The position numbers and the translations under genes are program-made. Shown here piece after piece: positions 54,203 through 64,000 of a stretch of DNA of 64,000 nucleotides; within the stretch, counting starts at the first letter, position 1, and each line of letters opens with the position of its first letter. The stretch is taken from the NCBI RefSeq assembly GCF_003334255.1, contig NZ_QOWU01000001.1; one strand, written 5' to 3'. The DNA is from Escherichia coli. Lineage in GTDB: Bacteria; Pseudomonadota; Gammaproteobacteria; Enterobacterales; Enterobacteriaceae. A model generated the notes under the pieces. The model saw only the letters and a program-made list of their open reading frames with translations, was not told the DNA's origin and ran no database searches.

Positions 54203-56446
54203 TTAGAAACGGAAGGTTGCGGTTGCAACGACCTGACGTTCTGCGCCCCAGAAGCAGCCATAAGTGTTAAAGCAGCTGGCGACGTATTCACGATCGAACA
54301 GGTTGTTAACATGCAGCGCCACGTTGGAGCCAGCCATGCCGACTCGCGCCAGATCATAACGTACTAACGCATCCACGACCGTATAACTTCCCACTTTAAA
54401 GGAGTTAGCCGGATCACCATAACTGGAGCCAGTATAACGACCACCGGTGCCCAGCGTCAGACCTGAAAGCGGACCGTCAAAGAAGGTGTAGTCAGCCCAC
54501 AACGAAGCCATGTGTTTTGGCACCTGTGCAGGCGTATTGCCTTTATAGGTAGTATCGGTGGTGTATTCCGCATCGGTGTAAGTATAAGAACCGACTACGT
54601 TAACACTCGCCGACAGCGCCGCTTTCGCTTCGATTTCTACGCCACGTGCGCGGATCTCGCCACCTTCAACCGAGAAGAAGGAACCCTCAGGGTCCGCCAT
54701 CAGGTTGTTGGTTTTAGTGAGATTATACACGGCACCAGTAACTACAATCGGACGATCTTCCGGTACATATTTCACGCCGACTTCATACTGCTTACCTTTA
54801 GACGGTGCGAAAATATTACCATCCTTCCCAACTTGCGAAGAAGGTTCAAACGATTCGCTATAGCTGAAGTAAGGTGTTACACCATTATCAAACAGGTAGT
54901 TAACACCACCACGCCAGGTAAACTGTTTGTCATCACGTTTATCGGTCGTCCCGGCAACGCGGTTAAGAGATTCTTGATCTGCCCAGTCATAACGACCGCC
55001 TAGGGTGACCAGCACTTTATCCCACTGCGCCTGATCCTGAACATAAACGCCCGTTTGTTTCTGTTTATTCAGAATGCGGTAAGGGCCGGAGTTTGCCGGA
55101 TCTTTGGCATTGAAGTCGAAATCGGTATTCACCGGATTGTACAGATTGAGCAGTGGCACAGAGTCGTCGTAACCAAACCAGGCGTTGATGTCATTACGCA
55201 TACGCATAAAGTCGACACCGGTCAGCAGGGTGTGGTCGATATCGCCAGTGGCAAACTTGCTCTGCAACTGGGTATCAACGGAGAAGTTTTGCAGCTTCTC
55301 ATCATCAACGACGTATTTACGTGCCAGATAATGGCCTTTATCCGCTGGCGCTAATGCCGCACACTGTTTGCTGTAAGCATTCGCCGGATCGGAGCAGACG
55401 CCGTAACCATAAACGCTGTTTTGCGAGGTTTTGTTTTCAGCAAAGCGCAGGTTCTGACGCACAGTAAAGGTGTCGTTAAATTCGTGATCGAAGCTGTAGC
55501 CGACCATCTTCTCATTACGAGAATAGGTGTTGTTCTTCGCCCCTTCATTAAAGTCTGTCGGCAGACGCTTACCGTTCGGCAGCGGCTCAACGGTTCCCTC
55601 TTTCGGCAACCAGCCGTAATAACCGGTTTCCGGCTCGTTCTGGAAGTAAGAAAGGAAGGTAAAATTGGTTTTATCATCCGGACGCCAGGTGAACGCCGGT
55701 GCAATAGCATAACGCTGCTCTTCTGACCCTTTCTGCTGGGCATTGGCAGAACGCGCAAGACCGGTCAGGCGATAAGAGTAAACACCGTCATCATCCAACG
55801 AATCGCTAAAGTCAAAACCAGTCTGGAACAGGCTGTCAGTACCGGCTTTAAACTGAACTTCTTTCAGCGGTTCGGTGGTCGGACGCTTGCTGACCATATT
55901 CAACAGGCCGCCAGGACTGCTTTTACCGTAAAGCACGGAAACCGGGCCACGCATAATTTCAGCGCGTTCCAGCATATACGGGTCAATGACCGCATCGTTA
56001 TAGAAGTTGCCCTGCAACTTCAGGCCATTCAGATAGTTATTCTGGCTTTGGCCTTCTGCCGCAAAGCCGCGAATGATCAGGTGGTCATAGGTGTTGGATG
56101 CGCCACGCGTACCAACAGAGACACCCGGCGTGTAGCTAAGCGCTTCTTTTACCGACTTCGGCTGATGCAGCGCCATCTCTTCGGCGGTCACAACAGAAAT
56201 AGACTGTGGCACTTTTTGAATCGGCGTATCGGTTTTAGTGCCGGTAGCAGACTGTCGCGCCGCAATAGTTGCAGCAGGCCCCCATGCGCTTTCTTGCGGC
56301 GCAGGTGCAGCGGTAACGGTGATAGTGTCTTCTTTCGGTTCAACCGCTGCCTGTGCATAAACAGACATGCCGCTAACCGCTGTGGCTACTACAACTGCGA
56401 TTTTACGCAGTGAGTGTTTTGGCTGAGCAGTTTTGGAACGCGCCAT
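54203..56446 (-). CDS. fhuA: TonB-dependent ferrichrome outer-membrane receptor
   Basis: 747-aa ORF with a signal peptide, TonB box and terminal aromatic residue (...TATFRF). Confidence 0.96.
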   Translation of the reverse strand: MARSKTAQPKHSLRKIAVVVATAVSGMSVYAQAAVEPKEDTITVTAAPAPQESAWGPAATIAARQSATGTKTDTPIQKVPQSISVVTAEEMALHQPKSVKEALSYTPGVSVGTRGASNTYDHLIIRGFAAEGQSQNNYLNGLKLQGNFYNDAVIDPYMLERAEIMRGPVSVLYGKSSPGGLLNMVSKRPTTEPLKEVQFKAGTDSLFQTGFDFSDSLDDDGVYSYRLTGLARSANAQQKGSEEQRYAIAPAFTWRPDDKTNFTFLSYFQNEPETGYYGWLPKEGTVEPLPNGKRLPTDFNEGAKNNTYSRNEKMVGYSFDHEFNDTFTVRQNLRFAENKTSQNSVYGYGVCSDPANAYSKQCAALAPADKGHYLARKYVVDDEKLQNFSVDTQLQSKFATGDIDHTLLTGVDFMRMRNDINAWFGYDDSVPLLNLYNPVNTDFDFNAKDPANSGPYRILNKQKQTGVYVQDQAQWDKVLVTLGGRYDWADQESLNRVAGTTDKRDDKQFTWRGGVNYLFDNGVTPYFSYSESFEPSSQVGKDGNIFAPSKGKQYEVGVKYVPEDRPIVVTGAVYNLTKTNNLMADPEGSFFSVEGGEIRARGVEIEAKAALSASVNVVGSYTYTDAEYTTDTTYKGNTPAQVPKHMASLWADYTFFDGPLSGLTLGTGGRYTGSSYGDPANSFKVGSYTVVDALVRYDLARVGMAGSNVALHVNNLFDREYVASCFNTYGCFWGAERQVVATATFRF

Positions 56447-56475
56447 TGGTATATCTCTGATGTAAAGTGAATGAT

Positions 56476-56500
56476 AACGTAAACGAGAATGATTATTATA
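56476..56500 (-). promoter_or_regulatory. Putative Fur box in the fhuA promoter
   Basis: Minus strand reads ttaTAATAATCATTCTCgtt, resembling the GATAATGATAATCATTATC consensus, with further GATAA-like hexamers alongside. Confidence 0.4.
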
Positions 56501-56665
56501 AAGATAAGATAATATTCGAAACGCTGGCGGGTTCGCAAGCGGTACGCAATCTGAGCGTTCCTGAAGGGTTAATAAACAACCAGATGAAAAGAAAGGGTTA
56601 ATATCTTAGATGGGATGTTATTTTACCGGATGGCAACTCGCCATCCGGTATTTCACGCTTAGATG

Positions 56666-59200
56666 TTAATTACTACCAAACATATCCTTGATCCAACCGG
56701 CTACACCGTCGCTGTCTTTCTGCTCTTGCTGAGCAGGTTGCTGTTGCGGCTGTTGCTGCGGCTGAGAAGACTGATCAAACGGATTGCCTGACGGCTGCTG
56801 CTGCATCTCGCTCTGCTGGCACAGCGATTGCGGATCGCTGGTCCAGACCGGCAAGATACGCATGCCACCGCTGCAAACAAAGTTGCCGTCGTAGTCCACG
56901 CCCATATCTGCAATATCTTCTGGCGGAACAAGATTCAGCGGCGTTGGCGTCTGGTTAGCCAGATAACGCTGATAAATCGACATTGCCCCGCTGGCACCAT
57001 ACAGTTTGGTCGGCTGGTTGTTATCACGGCCGACCCAGGTGATGGTCACCGTGCTGCCGTCAATGCCCGCAAACCAGGTATCTACGTTATTGTTGGTAGT
57101 CCCTGTTTTCCCTGCCAGATGCAGGTTCGGGTATTTCGCCCCAAGCTGACGACCCGTACCGCGTTGTACCACCTGCTGCATGGTCCATAGTGTCAGATAC
57201 GCCGCCTGCGCCGGAACAGCGCGTTCCGCCTGCGGGAAGCTCTGATACAGCACTTTGCCATCTTCCGCGATTACCGAACGCAGCGCAGAAAGCGGTGCAC
57301 GGTTACCACCGCTGGCGATGGTCTGGAATGCCTGCGCCACTTCGATTGGCGTTAAGTTCAACGCCCCCAGCAGCATTGCCGGAACCGGATGCAACTGATC
57401 TTTCGGTACGCCCAGTTTAATCCAGGTCTCCGTAACCGCAGGCAGCCCCAGCGCCATCCCCAGATTTACCGTCGGCACGTTCATCGAACGGGTCAACGCA
57501 TCCACCAGCATCACTCTGCCGCTTTCGCTATAACGACGGTCATCATTCTGCGGTGACCAGACCTGGCCATTCGGCTGACGCAGCGCAATTGGCGCATCCG
57601 CAATCCACGTATTCAGACGATAGATTTTCGGCTGGCTTAAGGCCGTCAGATAAGTCGCTGGTTTTGCAAGGGAACCAATCGAACGACGCGCCTGCATCGC
57701 ACGGTTGTAGCCCGCAAACTGCGGCTCAGAACCTCCGACCATCGCACGAACTTCACCACTAAAGCGGTCGACGACCACAATCGCAGTTTCAAGATCGCTC
57801 AACTTACGCTGTTTCTTCAGTGCCGGAATGCCTTCCACGGCGGCTTTTTCTGCCGCGTCCTGGGCCACCGAGTCAAAGGTAGTGAAGATCTTCACGCCGG
57901 AGAGATCTTTTACCTTATCGCCCAGTTTTGCCTGCAGCTCCTGACGCACCAGTTGCATAAAGGCTGGCTGAGGAGAGATCACCCCACCGCGCGGCTGAAC
58001 CCCCAGCGGACGGGCACTCAACATGTCATAGAGTTCTTGATCAATAATCTGTTGCTGTTGCAGCAGACGCAGCACCAGATTACGTCGCTCCAGCGCCAGT
58101 TTTGGGTTACGCCACGGGTTGTAGATGGACGCCCCTTTCACCATACCGACTAACAGCGCCTGCTGGTCGAGGCTTAGCTCTTCTACCGGGCGACCAAAGT
58201 AATACAAGCTTGCCAGCGGGAAGCCGCGGATTTCGTTGTCGCCGCTCTGACCGAGATACACCTCGTTCATATACAGCTCAAGAATACGGTCTTTGCTGTA
58301 ACGCGCGTCCATGATCAGCGCCATGTAAGCTTCGTTCGCTTTACGCCAGTAAGAACGCTCGCTGGAGAGGAACAGGTTTTTCACCAGCTGTTGCGTCAGC
58401 GTACTCGCACCCTGTACCGTGCGTCCGGCGGTCAGGTTTGCCAGCACCGCACGTCCGATTGAGTAGAGACTGATTCCATCATGCTCGTAAAAATGACGGT
58501 CTTCTGTCGCCAGCAAAGTATCCACCAGCAAATCCGGGAAACCACTGCGCGGCACAAACAGACGCTGCTCACCGTTTGGCGAAGAGATCATGGTGATCAG
58601 ACGCGGATCAAGACGGAAGAAACCGAACTGACGGTTGTTCTCCATATTGACGATCGTCGCCAGATGATCGCCATCAAAGGTCAGACGCGCGCGCACCTGT
58701 CCTTCTTTACTGTCCGGGAAATCAAACGGACGGCGAATCATCTCAATGCTGTTGGCCTGCACGGTAAATTCGCCAGGACGGGTCATTTTCGACACCTGAC
58801 GATACTGGGTCGCCTCCAGCAGCTTCACCATCTCGTTCTTGCTGATGGTCATGTCTGGCTCAAGATTGACCATTCGGCCATAAACTGCCGCAGGCAGTTG
58901 CCAGACCTTGCCATCAATACGGCTACGAATTTTTTGATCGAGATAAACGCCGTAAATGGCGATCAGCACGGCAAAAACGATAGCCAGTTTTAGCAGTAGC
59001 CATAGCCAGCCGCGTTTGCCACGAGGCTTACGCCCTTTGCCTTTGCCCTTACCTTTGCGCGGCATCGGTTCTTCATCCTCATAGTCATCATAATCGTCGT
59101 AATCATCGTCATCTTCGTAACGACGACGGCTTACCTTTTGTTTGACCGGACGCGTCGGTTTCCCTTTGCGTCCAATTGGCTCGCGGTCATTCCCGGCCAT
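56666..59200 (-). CDS. mrcB: Penicillin-binding protein 1B (bifunctional glycosyltransferase/transpeptidase)
   Basis: 844-aa product starting [18 protein letters not shown], with an acidic [15 protein letters not shown] stretch and a C-terminal Gln/Pro-rich tail. The track ORF extends 5 codons upstream. Confidence 0.95.
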   Translation of the reverse strand: MAGNDREPIGRKGKPTRPVKQKVSRRRYEDDDDYDDYDDYEDEEPMPRKGKGKGKGRKPRGKRGWLWLLLKLAIVFAVLIAIYGVYLDQKIRSRIDGKVWQLPAAVYGRMVNLEPDMTISKNEMVKLLEATQYRQVSKMTRPGEFTVQANSIEMIRRPFDFPDSKEGQVRARLTFDGDHLATIVNMENNRQFGFFRLDPRLITMISSPNGEQRLFVPRSGFPDLLVDTLLATEDRHFYEHDGISLYSIGRAVLANLTAGRTVQGASTLTQQLVKNLFLSSERSYWRKANEAYMALIMDARYSKDRILELYMNEVYLGQSGDNEIRGFPLASLYYFGRPVEELSLDQQALLVGMVKGASIYNPWRNPKLALERRNLVLRLLQQQQIIDQELYDMLSARPLGVQPRGGVISPQPAFMQLVRQELQAKLGDKVKDLSGVKIFTTFDSVAQDAAEKAAVEGIPALKKQRKLSDLETAIVVVDRFSGEVRAMVGGSEPQFAGYNRAMQARRSIGSLAKPATYLTALSQPKIYRLNTWIADAPIALRQPNGQVWSPQNDDRRYSESGRVMLVDALTRSMNVPTVNLGMALGLPAVTETWIKLGVPKDQLHPVPAMLLGALNLTPIEVAQAFQTIASGGNRAPLSALRSVIAEDGKVLYQSFPQAERAVPAQAAYLTLWTMQQVVQRGTGRQLGAKYPNLHLAGKTGTTNNNVDTWFAGIDGSTVTITWVGRDNNQPTKLYGASGAMSIYQRYLANQTPTPLNLVPPEDIADMGVDYDGNFVCSGGMRILPVWTSDPQSLCQQSEMQQQPSGNPFDQSSQPQQQPQQQPAQQEQKDSDGVAGWIKDMFGSN

Positions 59201-59297
59201 GCTTTTTCTCCGCAATATTCAGGCGCAAAAGCCCGATTTTCTGTTCTTCTGTTACAAGACAGAAGAAGATATCTCTCAAAATTTGTGCTCGATCGGT

Positions 59298-59383
59298 CCC
59301 CTCTCCCTTGAGGGAGAGGGTTAGGGTGAGGGTGAACGTGCGCGCTGATGCCCTCACCCCGGCCCTCTCCCACAGGGAGAGGG
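59298..59383. repeat. 86-bp GC-rich composite palindrome (three stem-loops) between hrpB and mrcB
   Basis: CCCTCTCCCttgaGGGAGAGGG, then GGGTGAGGG-18 nt-CCCTCACCC, then CCCTCTCCCacaGGGAGAGGG. I cannot assign a repeat family by eye. Confidence 0.7.
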
Positions 59384-59395
59384 AGAAAACCAACC

Positions 59396-61825
59396 TTACG
59401 AATACTTTTTCGTCCGTCGCGTCGGTGCAGTATTTGCCGGGTCGTCCGGCCAGACATGTTTGGGATAACGCCCTTTCATCTCTTTTTGCACCTCACGGTA
59501 CGCTCCTTTCCAGAAGGCGCTCAAATCTCGTGTGATTTGTAATGGCCTTTGGGCAGGTGAAAGCAACTCCAGCACCAGCGGCACGCGCCCCTGGGCGATC
59601 GTCGGATTGGTGGCCTCGCCAAACATCTCTTGCATTCTCACCGCCAGCGCGGGCGGGTTATCTTCATGATAACGAATGGCGATCCGGCTTCCCGTCGGCA
59701 CAGTGTAATGCGCAGGCAATTCACTATCCAGACGTTGCTGCATTCCCCAATCAAGTAATCCGCGTAGTGCCTGATAAATGTCGAGTGATTTCAGGCCGCG
59801 TAGTGAATGTACGCCAGTCATATGTGGCAGCAGCCACGTTTCCAGCGCTGCCAATAAACTTTCATCATCAACCGCTGGCCAGTCATATTCCGGCAACCAC
59901 TTTGCGGCGCATAACAAACGCAAGCGTAGCTGTTCCGCTTCCGCCGTCCAGTTGAGCACGCTTAAACCTTTATCACGGATGCCATTAAGCATCGCCTGAT
60001 GCAACTCGTCTTCTGACGGTTTCGCCAGCGGCTGCATTTTCACCGTCAACTGACCGATTTGTAGCCGACGCCAGGCTTTCAGCGTACCTTGCGCGTCATC
60101 CCACTCCACAGTGTCAGACTGCTGTACCAGCTGCGGGCAGCGTTGTACTAACTCATCAATATCGACCAGCAGCGCCAGTAAAATCCGCGCATCCGGCGAG
60201 GCGCTGCCCTGCAATAATAACGGTGCGATCAACCATTCGTGGCGGCTTAGCGCGTCGTTGGCATCGAGCATCGCTCCCATGCCGTTTGCCAGTTGATAGC
60301 GTCCATCTTGCCCACGGCGACGAGCAATGCGATCGGCAAACGCCCCGGCAAGTAGCGGCGCGATAAGCGAACTGTCTGCCTCACCGCCACGTACGTTTAA
60401 GCGTTTTAACAGTTGCTGACTACGTTGCTGCCAGGCTGGTTGATTGCGCGAAAACGCCACGCCCAGGTCACTATTGCCCATCCGTGGCGGCTCTTCGAGA
60501 ATGGCGGCAATTTTTGCCGCGGTAGCAGCTTCGTCGTCGTTCTTCGCGCTAACCAGCATTGCCGCTAAACGCGGATCGTTACCCAGCGCTGCCATTTTTT
60601 GCCCTTGCGCACTAAGCCGTTCACCCTCCAGTGCCCCCAGCATTTGTAACAGACGTTTCGCGGCCAGTAGATTCACTACTGGCGGTTGATCCAGCCAGCT
60701 CATCTGCGCCGGATCGCTGCATCCCCATTGCAGTAATTCCATCAGCAAACCGGAAAGATCGCTTTGTAAGATCTCCGGTTCACTTTGCGCCGCGGCGCGT
60801 TCTGCTTGTTCTTTGGCGATTAAATGCAGGCTGATACCCGGCTCCAGACGCCCGGCGCGCCCGGCACGCTGCGTCATGGATGCCTGGCTAACGCGTTGAG
60901 TAATCAGTCGCGTAAGCCCCGTGCGCGGATCAAAACGCGCCACACGCTCCTGGGCACAATCCACCACCAGACGAATACCTTCAATGGTTAAACTGGTTTC
61001 AGCAATATTGGTCGCCAGCACCACTTTGCGCATCCCTTGCGGTGCCGGGAGGATCGCTTTTCGCTGATCGTTCAGCGACAACGCGCCATACAGCGGGCAG
61101 AGCAATACATCACTGCCGATGCGCGAAGCCAGTTGTTCCTGCACACGCTGAATTTCTCCGACGCCAGGTAAAAATAACAGTAATGATCCGCTTTCCTGAC
61201 GCAGCATTTCAGCGGTGGCTACCGCAACGGCATCGTCAAAACGCTGATGCGCGGGCAGCGGTAAATAACGGCGTTCAACCGGAAACGAGCGCCCTTCTGA
61301 GATGACGACAGGCGCTTCTGGCAGCATTTGCTGCAAGCGGTCGTTGTCCAGGGTAGCCGACATAATCAGCAGTTTAAGGTCATCACGCAGACCTTGTTGC
61401 ACATCGAGTAACAGCGCCAACGCCAAATCCGCCTGCAAGCTGCGCTCATGAAATTCATCAAGGATCACCAGTCCAACACCGCTCAGTTCCGGGTCACGCT
61501 GGATCATGCGCGTCAGCACGCCTTCGGTAACCACTTCCAGGCGGGTATTCGGCCCGACGCAGTTTTGCGCACGCATCCGGTAGCCAACGGTATCGCCTGG
61601 CTTTTCGTTAAGCAGCTCCGCCAGCCGTTGCGCGACGTTACGCGCCGCCAGACGACGCGGCTCCAGCAGGATAATTTTCCCGTTAATGCCGGGATGCGCC
61701 AGCAGTTGCAGCGGCAGCCAGGTTGATTTCCCGGCCCCGGTCGGCGCACTTAATAATACCTGCGGCGCACAATCGAGAGCGGTAAGTAATTCAGGTAAGA
61801 CGGCAGCAACGGGCAACGACGACAC
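59396..61825 (-). CDS. hrpB: ATP-dependent RNA helicase HrpB (DEAH-box)
   Basis: 809-aa product from a GTG start (SSLPVAAVLPELL) with Walker A APTGAGKST and DEFH motif. An in-frame ATG 15 codons upstream at 61870 is an alternative start. Confidence 0.9.
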   Translation of the reverse strand: MSSLPVAAVLPELLTALDCAPQVLLSAPTGAGKSTWLPLQLLAHPGINGKIILLEPRRLAARNVAQRLAELLNEKPGDTVGYRMRAQNCVGPNTRLEVVTEGVLTRMIQRDPELSGVGLVILDEFHERSLQADLALALLLDVQQGLRDDLKLLIMSATLDNDRLQQMLPEAPVVISEGRSFPVERRYLPLPAHQRFDDAVAVATAEMLRQESGSLLLFLPGVGEIQRVQEQLASRIGSDVLLCPLYGALSLNDQRKAILPAPQGMRKVVLATNIAETSLTIEGIRLVVDCAQERVARFDPRTGLTRLITQRVSQASMTQRAGRAGRLEPGISLHLIAKEQAERAAAQSEPEILQSDLSGLLMELLQWGCSDPAQMSWLDQPPVVNLLAAKRLLQMLGALEGERLSAQGQKMAALGNDPRLAAMLVSAKNDDEAATAAKIAAILEEPPRMGNSDLGVAFSRNQPAWQQRSQQLLKRLNVRGGEADSSLIAPLLAGAFADRIARRRGQDGRYQLANGMGAMLDANDALSRHEWLIAPLLLQGSASPDARILLALLVDIDELVQRCPQLVQQSDTVEWDDAQGTLKAWRRLQIGQLTVKMQPLAKPSEDELHQAMLNGIRDKGLSVLNWTAEAEQLRLRLLCAAKWLPEYDWPAVDDESLLAALETWLLPHMTGVHSLRGLKSLDIYQALRGLLDWGMQQRLDSELPAHYTVPTGSRIAIRYHEDNPPALAVRMQEMFGEATNPTIAQGRVPLVLELLSPAQRPLQITRDLSAFWKGAYREVQKEMKGRYPKHVWPDDPANTAPTRRTKKYS

Positions 61826-61898
61826 AAAACGCTCCAGAGGGTTAACATTCTTCGCGCCACATTGTAGCATCGCGGTAATTCATAACCGAGTGCCTCAC

Positions 61899-63148
<1,250 letters not shown>

Positions 63149-63325
63149 TAAAGTAAGTAACTGGTTAATTTACATTCTGGTCGCGTGCACAAATACGCTT
63201 TTCCTCACACAGTTGTCAAGTGTTACGTTTAGATAATTGCTATCCGGAAAAGCATCTGCTATTTATAGCGGCCTCATTTTTCCCCCGAACATGGGGATCG
63301 ATAGTGCGTGTTAAGGAGAAGCAAC

Positions 63326-63781
63326 ATGCAAGAAGGGCAAAACCGTAAAACATCGTCCCTGAGTATTCTCGCCATCGCTGGGGTGGAACCATATCAGGAG
63401 AAGCCGGGCGAAGAGTATATGAATGAAGCCCAGCTGGCGCACTTCCGTCGTATTCTGGAAGCATGGCGTAATCAACTCAGGGATGAAGTCGATCGCACCG
63501 TTACACATATGCAGGATGAAGCAGCCAACTTCCCGGACCCGGTAGACCGTGCAGCCCAGGAAGAAGAGTTCAGCCTCGAACTGCGTAACCGCGATCGCGA
63601 GCGTAAGCTGATCAAAAAGATCGAGAAGACGCTGAAAAAAGTGGAAGACGAAGATTTCGGCTACTGCGAATCCTGCGGTGTTGAAATTGGTATTCGCCGT
63701 CTGGAAGCGCGCCCGACAGCCGATCTGTGCATCGACTGCAAAACGCTGGCTGAAATTCGCGAAAAACAGATGGCTGGCTAA
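63326..63781 (+). CDS. dksA: RNA polymerase-binding transcription factor DksA
   Basis: 151-aa product starting [19 protein letters not shown], with a C4 zinc finger (CESCG...CIDC). The track ORF extends 6 codons upstream. Confidence 0.96.
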   Translation: MQEGQNRKTSSLSILAIAGVEPYQEKPGEEYMNEAQLAHFRRILEAWRNQLRDEVDRTVTHMQDEAANFPDPVDRAAQEEEFSLELRNRDRERKLIKKIEKTLKKVEDEDFGYCESCGVEIGIRRLEARPTADLCIDCKTLAEIREKQMAG

Positions 63782-63809
63782 TTACAGCCGTTCCATCACG
63801 TTTACCACA

Positions 63810-63838
63810 GGCGGGAAATGCTCCCGCCTTATTTTTTG
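63810..63838 (+). terminator. Intrinsic terminator after dksA
   Basis: GGCGGGAaatgcTCCCGCC hairpin followed by TTATTTTTT. Confidence 0.8.
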
Positions 63839-63847
63839 TTCAAAGAG

Positions 63848-64000
63848 ATGACAGACACACAGTATATTGGCCGCTTCGCCCCCTCTCCTTCCGGCGAGCT
63901 TCATTTTGGCTCTCTGATCGCCGCGCTCGGCAGCTATTTGCAGGCTCGCGCCCGGCAAGGTCGCTGGCTGGTACGCATAGAAGATATCGACCCGCCTCGT
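63848..64000 (+). CDS. gluQ: Glutamyl-Q tRNA(Asp) synthetase, N-terminal part (continues beyond window end)
   Basis: Translation begins [30 protein letters not shown], a class-I synthetase HIGH-type motif. The ORF runs off the window. Confidence 0.9.
   Translation, partial: MTDTQYIGRFAPSPSGELHFGSLIAALGSYLQARARQGRWLVRIEDIDPPR

Noticed and set aside
59142-59393. ORFs 59142..59324 (+) and 59187..59393 (-) in the hrpB-mrcB spacer
   Set aside because: Both are read through the GC-rich palindrome. The repetitive Gly/Glu/Arg and Pro/Leu/Ser translations are the two strands of the same hairpins.

Overview
This window reads as a contiguous stretch of Escherichia coli K-12-type core chromosome, reverse-complemented relative to the usual map orientation, running from the 5' end of the 16S rRNA gene rrsH to the start of gluQ. 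I recognise about 50 protein genes by their translated sequences, all in the native K-12 order: gmhB, metNIQ, rcsF, tsaA, proS, yaeF, nlpE, arfB, yaeQ, yaeP-rof, tilS, yaeR, ldcC, accA, dnaE, rnhB, lpxB-lpxA-fabZ-lpxD-skp-bamA-rseP-cdsA-uppS-dxr, frr, pyrH, tsf-rpsB, map, glnD, dapD, yaeI, yaeH, cdaR, degP, dgt, mtnN, btuF, yadS, erpA, clcA, hemL, fhuBDCA, mrcB, hrpB, thpR, sfsA, dksA and gluQ. I found no integrase, transposase, IS element, tRNA, CRISPR array, toxin-antitoxin pair or foreign-looking gene block, so I do not think this window contains a novel system. The one real anomaly is dgt (dGTP triphosphohydrolase), whose reading frame is broken by what appears to be a 10-nt deletion after codon 281; every other gene has its expected length. 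Other structures worth noting are three REP/BIME clusters at convergent gene ends, an 86-bp three-hairpin palindrome between hrpB and mrcB, the rrnH P1/P2 promoters and boxA, MetJ boxes upstream of metN, a sigma-E promoter for degP, and several intrinsic terminators. Gene identities come from recognising the proteins, not from any database search. Hand-counted coordinates of small sites may be off by 1.
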